From: a virus
DNA: 44,514 nucleotides
Virus record (IMG/VR): IMGVR_UViG_3300022538_000610
Strand: one strand, 5' to 3'
The notes below the pieces were generated by a model. That model saw nothing but the letters and a program-made list of their open reading frames with translations, was not told where the DNA came from and ran no database searches. Of this stretch, positions 31,700 through 38,281 are shown piece after piece; the stretch's first letter is position 1; each line of letters begins with the position of its first letter. The translations under genes and the position numbers were made by a program.

Positions 31700-32504
31700 T
31701 GCTTTTTTATCTGATATAGATTTTCAACTAATGACAGCCGAACAGCGGGGCGTTTACTGGACTATTATTTTGTATCTATATCGCAACGGGGGCAAAATGA
31801 GATTTGATAAAAACAGCCTAACCAAGTTGTGTAATGTTAGTAACGATTTCGGTTTCCAAACCGTGTTAAGCAAGTTCCAAGTTCGGCGGGGTTTCATTTA
31901 TCACAAAAGAGTAACCAAAGAACTACAAAGAGCACAACTCAAGCGAGAGCAAGCAGTTATGGCTGCCCAAAAACGATGGGGAAGCAATGCGAACGGTGAT
32001 GCGGACGCAATGCCAAGTGAAGTGAAGGGAAGTGAAGTGAAGGGAAGTGAAGATATTAACTATGTAGAAGGAAAAATCATTGGTTTGACGAATGAACAAC
32101 TTTTGGAATGGCAGAATACTTTTCCTTTGGTGGATGTTTATCAAGAAACAAAATCAGCCACCCAATGGTTGCGAGACAATCCAGATAAAAGCAGTAAGAA
32201 AAATTACAAAAGGTATTTTGGGAATTGGTTGCGAAAAGAGCAGGGAAAACAACAAGACAAAGCGAAACTTGCTGTCGGCCCGCCAAAATGTAAGCGTTGT
32301 GGGCGTTTGGGTTATGTTTGGGGTGTAGATGATGCTGGTCAAAAATACTGGATGTGTAAAGAACATACTCCTTCCGCCCAATTACCCACAAACATACTTA
32401 ATTCTATTTTGAATAAAATACCAACAACAAGAGGAATTACTAAAAAAGATGCAGAACTCGAATTTAGCGACAAACAACAAAGAGCGCTATCGTCGCTATC
32501 GTGA
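31665..32504 (+). CDS. DUF1376-like replication/primosome-associated protein
   Basis: The N-terminus YVQLESDAFLSDIDFQLMTAEQRGVYWTIILYLYRNGGKMRFDKNSLTKL matches the DUF1376 pattern (y.gDfl.dt..Ls.ee.G.Y..Ll...w..gg.lp.d...l). Confidence 0.55.
   Translation: MVAIKYVQLESDAFLSDIDFQLMTAEQRGVYWTIILYLYRNGGKMRFDKNSLTKLCNVSNDFGFQTVLSKFQVRRGFIYHKRVTKELQRAQLKREQAVMAAQKRWGSNANGDADAMPSEVKGSEVKGSEDINYVEGKIIGLTNEQLLEWQNTFPLVDVYQETKSATQWLRDNPDKSSKKNYKRYFGNWLRKEQGKQQDKAKLAVGPPKCKRCGRLGYVWGVDDAGQKYWMCKEHTPSAQLPTNILNSILNKIPTTRGITKKDAELEFSDKQQRALSSLS
32016..32052 (+). repeat. 15-nt tandem repeat x2.5 (agtgaagtgaaggga) encoding SEVKG-SEVKG-SE
   Basis: Read directly inside the DUF1376-like gene. Confidence 0.9.
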
Positions 32505-32838
32505 ATCGGTAGCCTGGAAAGCAAAAAGAAAAGACAAAATAAAAACCGCCAATGGCAAGTGCCAAATATGCGGCAGTGAATACGATTTACACATTCATCA
32601 TTTAACGTATGAAAATATATTTAATGAGAAACCAAACGATTTAATTGTTTTGTGTGAACCTTGCCACATAAAGTATCACGACAAGTTTTGCTCAAAGAAA
32701 TTCCGTTTGCTATATACCCAATGCCCAAAGGAATGTTCACGATGCGGAGAGCCAGCAGTGGCTTATGCGCTTGATAATACGGATTTGAAATATTACAGAT
32801 GCCAGCAGCACAGGCATAAGGGAATGATAGATTTATAA
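32449..32838 (+). CDS. HNH endonuclease
   Basis: CQICGSEYDLHIHHLTYENIF...LIVLCEPCHIKYH, plus a C-terminal CxxC zinc ribbon. Confidence 0.75.
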   Translation: MQNSNLATNNKERYRRYRESVAWKAKRKDKIKTANGKCQICGSEYDLHIHHLTYENIFNEKPNDLIVLCEPCHIKYHDKFCSKKFRLLYTQCPKECSRCGEPAVAYALDNTDLKYYRCQQHRHKGMIDL

Positions 32839-32855
32839 TGGCAAGGAAGCCCTAA

Positions 32856-33167
32856 ATGACAAGCAGGTCAACTTGGAAAAGATTTGAAAGAACTGTGGCG
32901 GAGTTCTTCGGTACGCACCGCACGCCGCTGTCGGGCAGTTCGGCCTACCTGACAAGGGCGGACACAATGCACTTGCGACTGTTTATTGAGTGCAAGCTGC
33001 GGAAAAGGTCGTCGGTATGGAACTTGTTTCAGAAAGTCAAGGGCAAAGCGGCTATGGAGCGTAAGACACCAGTGCTTGCCTTAAAACAAAAGGGTTGTGA
33101 GGGCTGGCTGATAGTGCTGGATATTGAAGATTTGGAAGTATTGAAAAGAGAATTGAGAGGCGAATGA
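32856..33167 (+). CDS. PD-(D/E)XK Holliday-junction-resolvase-like nuclease
   Basis: KRFERTVAEFFG..RTPLSGSS....ADTMH..LFIECKLRK follows the Hjc-like pattern (G..fEr.v...l...g....R.p.SG......D......iE.K). Confidence 0.5.
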   Translation: MTSRSTWKRFERTVAEFFGTHRTPLSGSSAYLTRADTMHLRLFIECKLRKRSSVWNLFQKVKGKAAMERKTPVLALKQKGCEGWLIVLDIEDLEVLKRELRGE

Positions 33168-33168
33168 G

Positions 33169-33450
33169 ATGGAAGAAATAGAAAAAGCTGTCTTTGCAAA
33201 ATACCGCCATATTTTGTTGGCATTAGCAGGTTTATTTGAAGTTGAAATATTCGATGATATTTTTATAGCCGCCGAGCAACTCCAGGCCGAGAACGAGCAG
33301 ATTAAAAAGTTGCTTGAAGCCAAAGGGTCAATAGACCTTTATCAACGGGGCTTTGAAGATGGCAAGAAAACGGCAGTGGAAATATGTAAACGAGTAATTC
33401 AACAAGAATTTGAACAAGGAAAGAAAGGCGGTGATGAGCCAATGGATTAA
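33169..33450 (+). CDS. Hypothetical protein (93 aa)
   Basis: ORF track. Confidence 0.5.
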   Translation: MEEIEKAVFAKYRHILLALAGLFEVEIFDDIFIAAEQLQAENEQIKKLLEAKGSIDLYQRGFEDGKKTAVEICKRVIQQEFEQGKKGGDEPMD

Positions 33451-33543
33451 GTAGTTTGTGGTACGGCAGAGTTATTTCTTCAAGGATGGTTGGTTTGGGC
33501 GACGGAGCGCCCTTTGTAATTAAGTAAAGAAAGGAGTTAAGGT

Positions 33544-34026
33544 ATGATTTGGTTTGGATTGGCAATTTTGCTTATGGTGATAGGTTGTGTGTTGGTAGAG
33601 ATGGGCGGCAACAGTAAAGATGGAGGTGCTAGTGTTGCCAGTGTTGGCACAGTAGTATTTTTCATAGTACTGGTGACGACTATGTTTACAACATTTGGTT
33701 GTCTGGGCGCTATTCACGGCATTGATGAATGCGACCGCAACATAGAGATAGCCACAAAGCAATATGAGCAGCAGATGGCGGTCATTAAAAACGCCATCAA
33801 GGACTATCCCTTGGAAAGCGAGTTACTCAAAGACCTTGACCCTGTGATTTTACTCAAGTTGCCTGAAATAAAGAGCAATGAGGTTTTGGTAGCCACTGTG
33901 AAGTTGGCCACGGAGTATCGCAACAAGATATTTGAATTTGAATATCGAAAGAGCAAGTATCTTAAAAGGGTGGCTATTTACCAGCACTGGCTAATTATAC
34001 CCAAGTTTTGTAGAGCAAAAATTTAG
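33544..34026 (+). CDS. Membrane protein (two N-terminal TM helices plus a helical tail); possible lysis-cassette member
   Basis: MIWFGLAILLMVIGCVLV... and VGTVVFFIVLVTTMFTTFGCLGAI. AAAGGAG Shine-Dalgarno sequence. The function is inferred only. Confidence 0.5.
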   Translation: MIWFGLAILLMVIGCVLVEMGGNSKDGGASVASVGTVVFFIVLVTTMFTTFGCLGAIHGIDECDRNIEIATKQYEQQMAVIKNAIKDYPLESELLKDLDPVILLKLPEIKSNEVLVATVKLATEYRNKIFEFEYRKSKYLKRVAIYQHWLIIPKFCRAKI

Positions 34027-34041
34027 AAAGGAGTTAGTAAA

Positions 34042-34563
34042 ATGAAACGGATTTTAATAACAGTAATGATTGCGTTGGCAGGACTATACCTGCTATCTGT
34101 ATGCGGTTGCGAGCTGGAAAAAGCGCAGGAGTTTATTCAGGACGTCAATGCACAGATAACAGACCCCAACAGTGCCTTGCAGCAAACAGCCGAGATTGCC
34201 GGGCAGACGGCGGAGCAAGTAAAGATAGTAATAACGTTATTCCCCGCCATTCCGGGTAAGGTTGTTATCGGTGGCATTGCTACTCTTGTTATTCTGGCCG
34301 CTGGTTTGATTAAGAGCCTGCGTAAAAAGCAAGCAGTAACAACAACCCTGAAGGCGGTTGTACAAGCAATTGAGAATGAAAAAGGATGCCTTGTTCAAGT
34401 ACCAGACTACACGAAACCTCTGTCTTCTAAAGGCAACACAGCGCCGCTAAAAGAAATAACAATAGGCGAGATACTCAAACCTGTGATTGCACGGCAGATG
34501 CGACAAAAGAGTATTTATGCCGAAGGCAAGCAACTTGTAGACAAAGCAAAAAACGTAACATAA
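34042..34563 (+). CDS. Signal-peptide/lipobox-like membrane protein; possible lysis-cassette member
   Basis: MKRILITVMIALAGLYLLSVCGC... plus a second hydrophobic helix VVIGGIATLVILAAGLI. AAAGGAG Shine-Dalgarno sequence. Confidence 0.5.
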   Translation: MKRILITVMIALAGLYLLSVCGCELEKAQEFIQDVNAQITDPNSALQQTAEIAGQTAEQVKIVITLFPAIPGKVVIGGIATLVILAAGLIKSLRKKQAVTTTLKAVVQAIENEKGCLVQVPDYTKPLSSKGNTAPLKEITIGEILKPVIARQMRQKSIYAEGKQLVDKAKNVT

Positions 34564-34564
34564 A

Positions 34565-34648
34565 AGACCCCCGCCTTGCTGACGCCGTGTTGAAGGGACT
34601 CGCCACAGCAGGCAGGACGCCTATACCAGTAAGGCGGGGTCTGTTTTT
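34565..34648 (+). terminator. Terminator-like long-range helix enclosing a 53-nt branched insert
   Basis: AGACCCCCGCCTT (34565..34577) pairs with AAGGCGGGGTCT (34631..34642), giving 12 bp with a one-nt bulge, followed by GTTTTT. Inner helices: GCTG/CAGC and AGGC/GCCT. Confidence 0.55.
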
Positions 34649-34660
34649 AGGAATAGAATA

Positions 34661-35050
34661 ATGGAAATCAAAGATAGTGGCAAGAGAGAAAAATTCGAGA
34701 CAGGTTCTCAAAGGGATATTCGCACTGGCAAGGGTAGGTTTGATTTAATAAGCCCGTTTGCCCTTAAAAGGCTTGCCAAGTGGTATGAACTCGGTTCTCA
34801 AAAGTATGGCGACCGTAATTGGGAGAAAGGCCAACCGTTAAGCCGGTTTTTGGATTCGGCATTACGCCATCTCAATGACTATCACCAAGGCCTTGAAGAC
34901 GAAGACCACTTGATGGCTGCAGCCTGGAATATATTTGCCATTGTACACGGCGAAGAAATGATAACCAGAAGTGCTTGGCCGAAAGAGTTAGATGATTTAC
35001 CTAAATATCCTTGTCGCTTAAAAAACAAAAACCGAAAGGATAAACAATGA
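34661..35050 (+). CDS. dATP/dGTP pyrophosphohydrolase-N-terminal-like (DUF5664-type) protein
   Basis: GKGRFDLISPFALKRLAKWYELGSQKYGDRNWEKG...FLDSALRHLNDY..GLEDEDHLMAAAWNIFAI matches my recollection of that family's pattern (KyD.gK.r..l.p....l..va.v...G..KY....W..g.......A..RH......g..D.e.g..hl.a...n..f). Confidence 0.5.
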   Translation: MEIKDSGKREKFETGSQRDIRTGKGRFDLISPFALKRLAKWYELGSQKYGDRNWEKGQPLSRFLDSALRHLNDYHQGLEDEDHLMAAAWNIFAIVHGEEMITRSAWPKELDDLPKYPCRLKNKNRKDKQ

Positions 35051-35526
35051 ACGATTCAAGTGTAGCACTGAATATCAAAGAGAACACTGAAACAAAAGTT
35101 AACGAGGCGAAGGGGGTTGTTGAGTGGAAAGATATTGATAATGAGTTGTTTTATTTTGCCCACCCTTACACGCGCCTGAATAAGTGGGCGCAAGAGGCGA
35201 ATTTTAAGTTGTGTTGTGTGAGAACGGCAAAACTAATTAGTCTTGGTTTCTGGGTTTACTCACCGGTTGTACATACGCATCCAATTCATTTTGTCTGGCC
35301 CGATTTTCTTGATTTTGATAATGATGAATGGGGACGGTGGATGCAATTGAATAGAATTATTATCAAGCGCACCAACTTTACCGGCCTTATCCTCGCACCT
35401 GGCTGGAAAAAATCAAGAGGATGCCAGGAGGAAAAGGACTACTTTGAGCAACTACAAAAACCAATATTCCTTTACGATGATATTGTCAATGCGGAGCGAA
35501 ACAATGCCAAGAAAAAAACGACATAA
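35047..35526 (+). CDS. DUF1937-like (nucleoside 2-deoxyribosyltransferase-fold) protein
   Basis: LFYFAHPYT....ANF.....TAKLISLGFWVYSPVVHTHPI...W..WM.....II.....GLILAPGWKKSRGCQEEKDYF....PIFLY. Confidence 0.5.
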   Translation: MNDSSVALNIKENTETKVNEAKGVVEWKDIDNELFYFAHPYTRLNKWAQEANFKLCCVRTAKLISLGFWVYSPVVHTHPIHFVWPDFLDFDNDEWGRWMQLNRIIIKRTNFTGLILAPGWKKSRGCQEEKDYFEQLQKPIFLYDDIVNAERNNAKKKTT

Positions 35527-35833
35527 CTGGACATTTGAGCCGAAGCGGGGCGACTTCATTATGGTCTACTGGGGCGATGCCGCCTCGAAGTCTGGCTGGG
35601 TTGATAGTGACACAAGGAAGGCATTACTCGATGCCGCCTTCCAGACGGCTGGCTTCTTCTGGGGTTACGACTATATAGACGCCGAAACCAAGAAAGGCGA
35701 CTTCCGCAGCAAGCGGGTTGTATTACTGGTGAGCACTACGAATATCAACGCTTTCGAGGAAAAAGGCGACTCGCACCAGATTATAGAGGACACGATTTTT
35801 GACGTAAGAAAAGCAGAAGTCTTAGGAGACTGA
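35504..35833 (+). CDS. Hypothetical protein (109 aa)
   Basis: Internal ATG (MPRKKRHNWTF...) after GGAG. Confidence 0.5.
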   Translation: MPRKKRHNWTFEPKRGDFIMVYWGDAASKSGWVDSDTRKALLDAAFQTAGFFWGYDYIDAETKKGDFRSKRVVLLVSTTNINAFEEKGDSHQIIEDTIFDVRKAEVLGD

Positions 35834-35835
35834 AA

Positions 35836-36030
35836 ATGTATTGGAAATATTTTTTTGGAATTTTGGCTATTGCTTGGGCGGTTATGGCTATTGTTTGGGC
35901 GGTTGTGGTTTTTTGGATGGCCGTTACAAACCATCAATTAAGCAATTCAGCATTGGGAATAACGTTAGCGTGTATATGTATGCTAATTTGTATAGTTGGC
36001 TGGAGATTAGAAAGCAAAAATGGCTGGTAA
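35836..36030 (+). CDS. Small two-TM membrane protein (64 aa; holin-like size and topology)
   Basis: FFGILAIAWAVMAIVWAVVVFWMAV and LGITLACICMLICIVGW. The function is inferred only. Confidence 0.45.
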   Translation: MYWKYFFGILAIAWAVMAIVWAVVVFWMAVTNHQLSNSALGITLACICMLICIVGWRLESKNGW

Positions 36031-36238
36031 CTGGGGCTACAAATGCGCCTGCGGTCAAGATGGCTGGGTCAAGGTAGACGATAAGTTTCTCTGCTATTGC
36101 TGCTATCAGGACTTGCGAGCCGAGAGAGGAGATATTTCTGAATGGCGGGCAGAGTTAAATAAAAGGGAATACAAGAAATGCTTTGAAAGGAGCCATAATG
36201 GCAACGAGAAAATTCAAGAGACTGGTAGTAATATCTGA
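36020..36238 (+). CDS. Hypothetical Cys-rich protein (72 aa)
   Basis: ORF track. Confidence 0.45.
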   Translation: MAGNWGYKCACGQDGWVKVDDKFLCYCCYQDLRAERGDISEWRAELNKREYKKCFERSHNGNEKIQETGSNI

Positions 36239-37010
36239 CTTGCATTGTGGACATAGAATAGGTCTTACTCCACCCGATTGGTGGTATGACGATAGGGTAG
36301 CAACGGGACGTAATGCCAAAATAGCCAAATATCAGAGGGAGTTGTGGAATTGGTATGCGGCAGTAATACAAACATTACAGCCCGTTGATTATCTTGTTGT
36401 GAATGGAGACGCTATTGATGGCAAGGGGGGCAAGTCAGGTAGTTCTGAACAAGCACAGGCAGACAGAAATGAACAATGTAAAATGGCAGTCAAATGTATA
36501 GACATAGTTAAAGCGAAAGAAGTTGGGATAATCTACGGCACACCATATCACGCTGGCACAGAAGAAGACTGGGAATTTACAATAAGCGAGATGGTTAAAA
36601 CGCCAGTGATGTTTGTGTCAGGCCAAGAGTTTTTTAAGCTCAACGGTGTTATCTTCGACTTCAAGCATAAGATTAGTAGTAGCACAATCCCGCACGGGCG
36701 CTTTACGGCGATAGCCAGAGAAAAATTGTGGAATATAATCTGGAGTAGTCGAGACCAGCAACCGAAAGCGGATTTTATTATCCGCAGCCACGTTCATTAT
36801 CATATCATAGATACAGACCCCGCCGGCGGATGGGTGGGGATAATAACACCTGGTCTACAAGGATTTGGTTCAAACTACGGCGTTAGGCAAGTTTCGTTTA
36901 CGATTGATATAGGGTTGATTTATTTTGACGTTAAGGAGAACGGACAATGCGACCAAAAAACAAAACTCGCCACCCTCTCACAACAGAAAGCATTGATTAC
37001 ATCCCGCTAA
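36198..37010 (+). CDS. Metallophosphoesterase (calcineurin-like)
   Basis: ATG after AAAGGAG. Motifs VVISDLHCGH, VVNGDAIDGKG and IRSHVHYH. Confidence 0.65.
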   Translation: MATRKFKRLVVISDLHCGHRIGLTPPDWWYDDRVATGRNAKIAKYQRELWNWYAAVIQTLQPVDYLVVNGDAIDGKGGKSGSSEQAQADRNEQCKMAVKCIDIVKAKEVGIIYGTPYHAGTEEDWEFTISEMVKTPVMFVSGQEFFKLNGVIFDFKHKISSSTIPHGRFTAIAREKLWNIIWSSRDQQPKADFIIRSHVHYHIIDTDPAGGWVGIITPGLQGFGSNYGVRQVSFTIDIGLIYFDVKENGQCDQKTKLATLSQQKALITSR

Positions 37011-37492
37011 ATGTTCCGGTTCTAACAAAAGCAGACCTACAACGAGAGCCAGCCAAACCGCCAATTGGCCTTTTGCCTTGTGGTGTTTATTGGCAGTTGG
37101 GGCACAGTAGGAAATATAAAGCAGAGGCAAGACATAATCACAAAAGGTATTACTTGGGTTCTTTTTATACCGCCGAAGAAGCAGAAAAGGCCGTCAAAAA
37201 GTTTAGAGAAACACATCCGCTTCCTAATAGGTTGGTATATAGTGCTGCGCAAAGGCCAGCCTTGGGCGGTTCATCTAAATACAAAGGGGTGTCTTTTAAT
37301 AAGTTTAATAAGAAAGATTCAAAATGGGTGGCGAAAATAAGGCCTTGTGGGAAAACCAAATGTTTAGGAAACTTTCCTGAAACAAAAAAGGGCGAAAAGC
37401 AAGCCGCTCTTGCCTATGACAAAGCGGCAGAAGAGCAATGGGGTGAACACGCCAAACATAACCAATACTGGTTTCCAGAGGATTTCAAATAA
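36947..37492 (+). CDS. AP2-domain DNA-binding protein (two AP2-like repeats)
   Basis: YKAEARHNHKRYYLGSFYTAEEAEKAV and YKGVSFNKFNKKDSKWVAKIRPCGKTKCLGNFPETKKGEKQAALAYDKAAEEQWGEHA. AAGGAGAA Shine-Dalgarno sequence. Confidence 0.65.
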   Translation: MRPKNKTRHPLTTESIDYIPLNVPVLTKADLQREPAKPPIGLLPCGVYWQLGHSRKYKAEARHNHKRYYLGSFYTAEEAEKAVKKFRETHPLPNRLVYSAAQRPALGGSSKYKGVSFNKFNKKDSKWVAKIRPCGKTKCLGNFPETKKGEKQAALAYDKAAEEQWGEHAKHNQYWFPEDFK

Positions 37493-37551
37493 GCCCGCCA
37501 CACTGCTTCTAAAACGCACCAGGATGGCCTACAATCGATTATCTTCGGCAA

Positions 37552-37587
37552 TGCAGTAAATTATACCCTATTTGCAGTAAATTATAC
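37552..37587 (+). repeat. Two 15-nt direct repeats (tgcagtaaattatac) spaced 21 nt start to start
   Basis: Read directly: 37552..37566 and 37573..37587. The spacing equals two helical turns. They lie at the end of the early arm, abutting the stop of the minus-strand small TM ORF. Confidence 0.85.
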
Positions 37588-37758
37588 TTAATCTCTGTAT
37601 TCGTGCCGTATTTTCGTAAAGACAAAGCCAGCAATTGCCCCTGCCGTAATCAGAATGTATCCTATATGAGCTTCCATTCCTATTTCGATTCCAAGCCCGA
37701 CAGCACCCATTACGGCGGCGCCCCACTGGCCGATAATGCTAAATAATTTAATATTCAT
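37588..37758 (-). CDS. Small two-TM membrane protein (56 aa; below the ORF-track cutoff)
   Basis: My translation: MNIKLFSIIGQWGAAVMGAVGLGIEIGMEAHIGYILITAGAIAGFVFTKIRHEYRD. AAGGGGAAA Shine-Dalgarno sequence. Confidence 0.45.
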   Translation of the reverse strand: MNIKLFSIIGQWGAAVMGAVGLGIEIGMEAHIGYILITAGAIAGFVFTKIRHEYRD

Positions 37759-37765
37759 TTTCCCC

Positions 37766-37794
37766 TTGACAATCCTGTTGAAATAGGTTAGTTT
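37766..37794 (+). promoter_or_regulatory. Sigma70-like promoter driving lipoprotein paralogue 2, possibly leaderless
   Basis: TTGACA (37766..37771), 17-nt spacer, TAGTTT (37789..37794). The ATG at 37801 is only 6 nt past the -10 element, and there is no Shine-Dalgarno sequence. Confidence 0.55.
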
Positions 37795-37800
37795 GTAATT

Positions 37801-37983
37801 ATGAAAAAGTTAATTGTCTATTCCGTATTGGTTCTTCTGTTCATGGCAAGTTGCAAGCCAGCCGACAATCGGATAAGAGTAAGTCCTCGTCTGCCCCAAG
37901 TTGACCGAACCACGCCCGAATACAAAGAAGGTGTCAGGCAAATGGTCTATCAACTCTATTGGATGGATGCGCCAAAGCAATAA
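37801..37983 (+). CDS. Small lipoprotein, paralogue 2
   Basis: MKKLIVYSVLVLLFMAS-C lipoprotein signal. The mature part is nearly identical to that of 23884..24141. Confidence 0.7.
   Translation: MKKLIVYSVLVLLFMASCKPADNRIRVSPRLPQVDRTTPEYKEGVRQMVYQLYWMDAPKQ
37845..37970 (+). repeat. Dispersed direct repeat, copy 2 (61-nt identical core 37891..37951)
   Basis: Aligned by eye with 24003..24128. Confidence 0.9.
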
Positions 37984-38009
37984 TTAGCATTCTCCATTAT
38001 CACCCCAAT

Positions 38010-38039
38010 GGGGCAGGGATTATAGTTGTCCCCTGCCCC
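38010..38039 (+). other. GC-rich 9-bp hairpin between the lipoprotein and membrane-protein genes
   Basis: GGGGCAGGG (38010..38018), 12-nt loop, CCCTGCCCC (38031..38039). There is no T-run; a GGAGGG Shine-Dalgarno sequence follows. Confidence 0.6.
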
Positions 38040-38060
38040 GGAGGGCAAAAGAATTAAAAT

Positions 38061-38276
38061 ATGAATATTGCTTTATATATATTAACAGTATATTGGCATT
38101 TCGTGCTTGGCGTTGCGCTTTTGGCTGGGCAAATAGCCGAAATGCTTGCAACGTCAATGATTGCAGTGCTTCTAATTGTTGGCCCTATAGCTTTGGTTAT
38201 TGTTTGCATTCAAGAACTATATGATAAATGGGTTGTATATCAACTTCGTAAACATTTCTCTTCCAATAAAAACTAA
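38061..38276 (+). CDS. Two-TM membrane protein (71 aa)
   Basis: ORF track; hydrophobic helices LYILTVYWHFVLGVALLAG and MIAVLLIVGPIALVIVCI. Confidence 0.55.
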   Translation: MNIALYILTVYWHFVLGVALLAGQIAEMLATSMIAVLLIVGPIALVIVCIQELYDKWVVYQLRKHFSSNKN

Positions 38277-38281
38277 CAATT

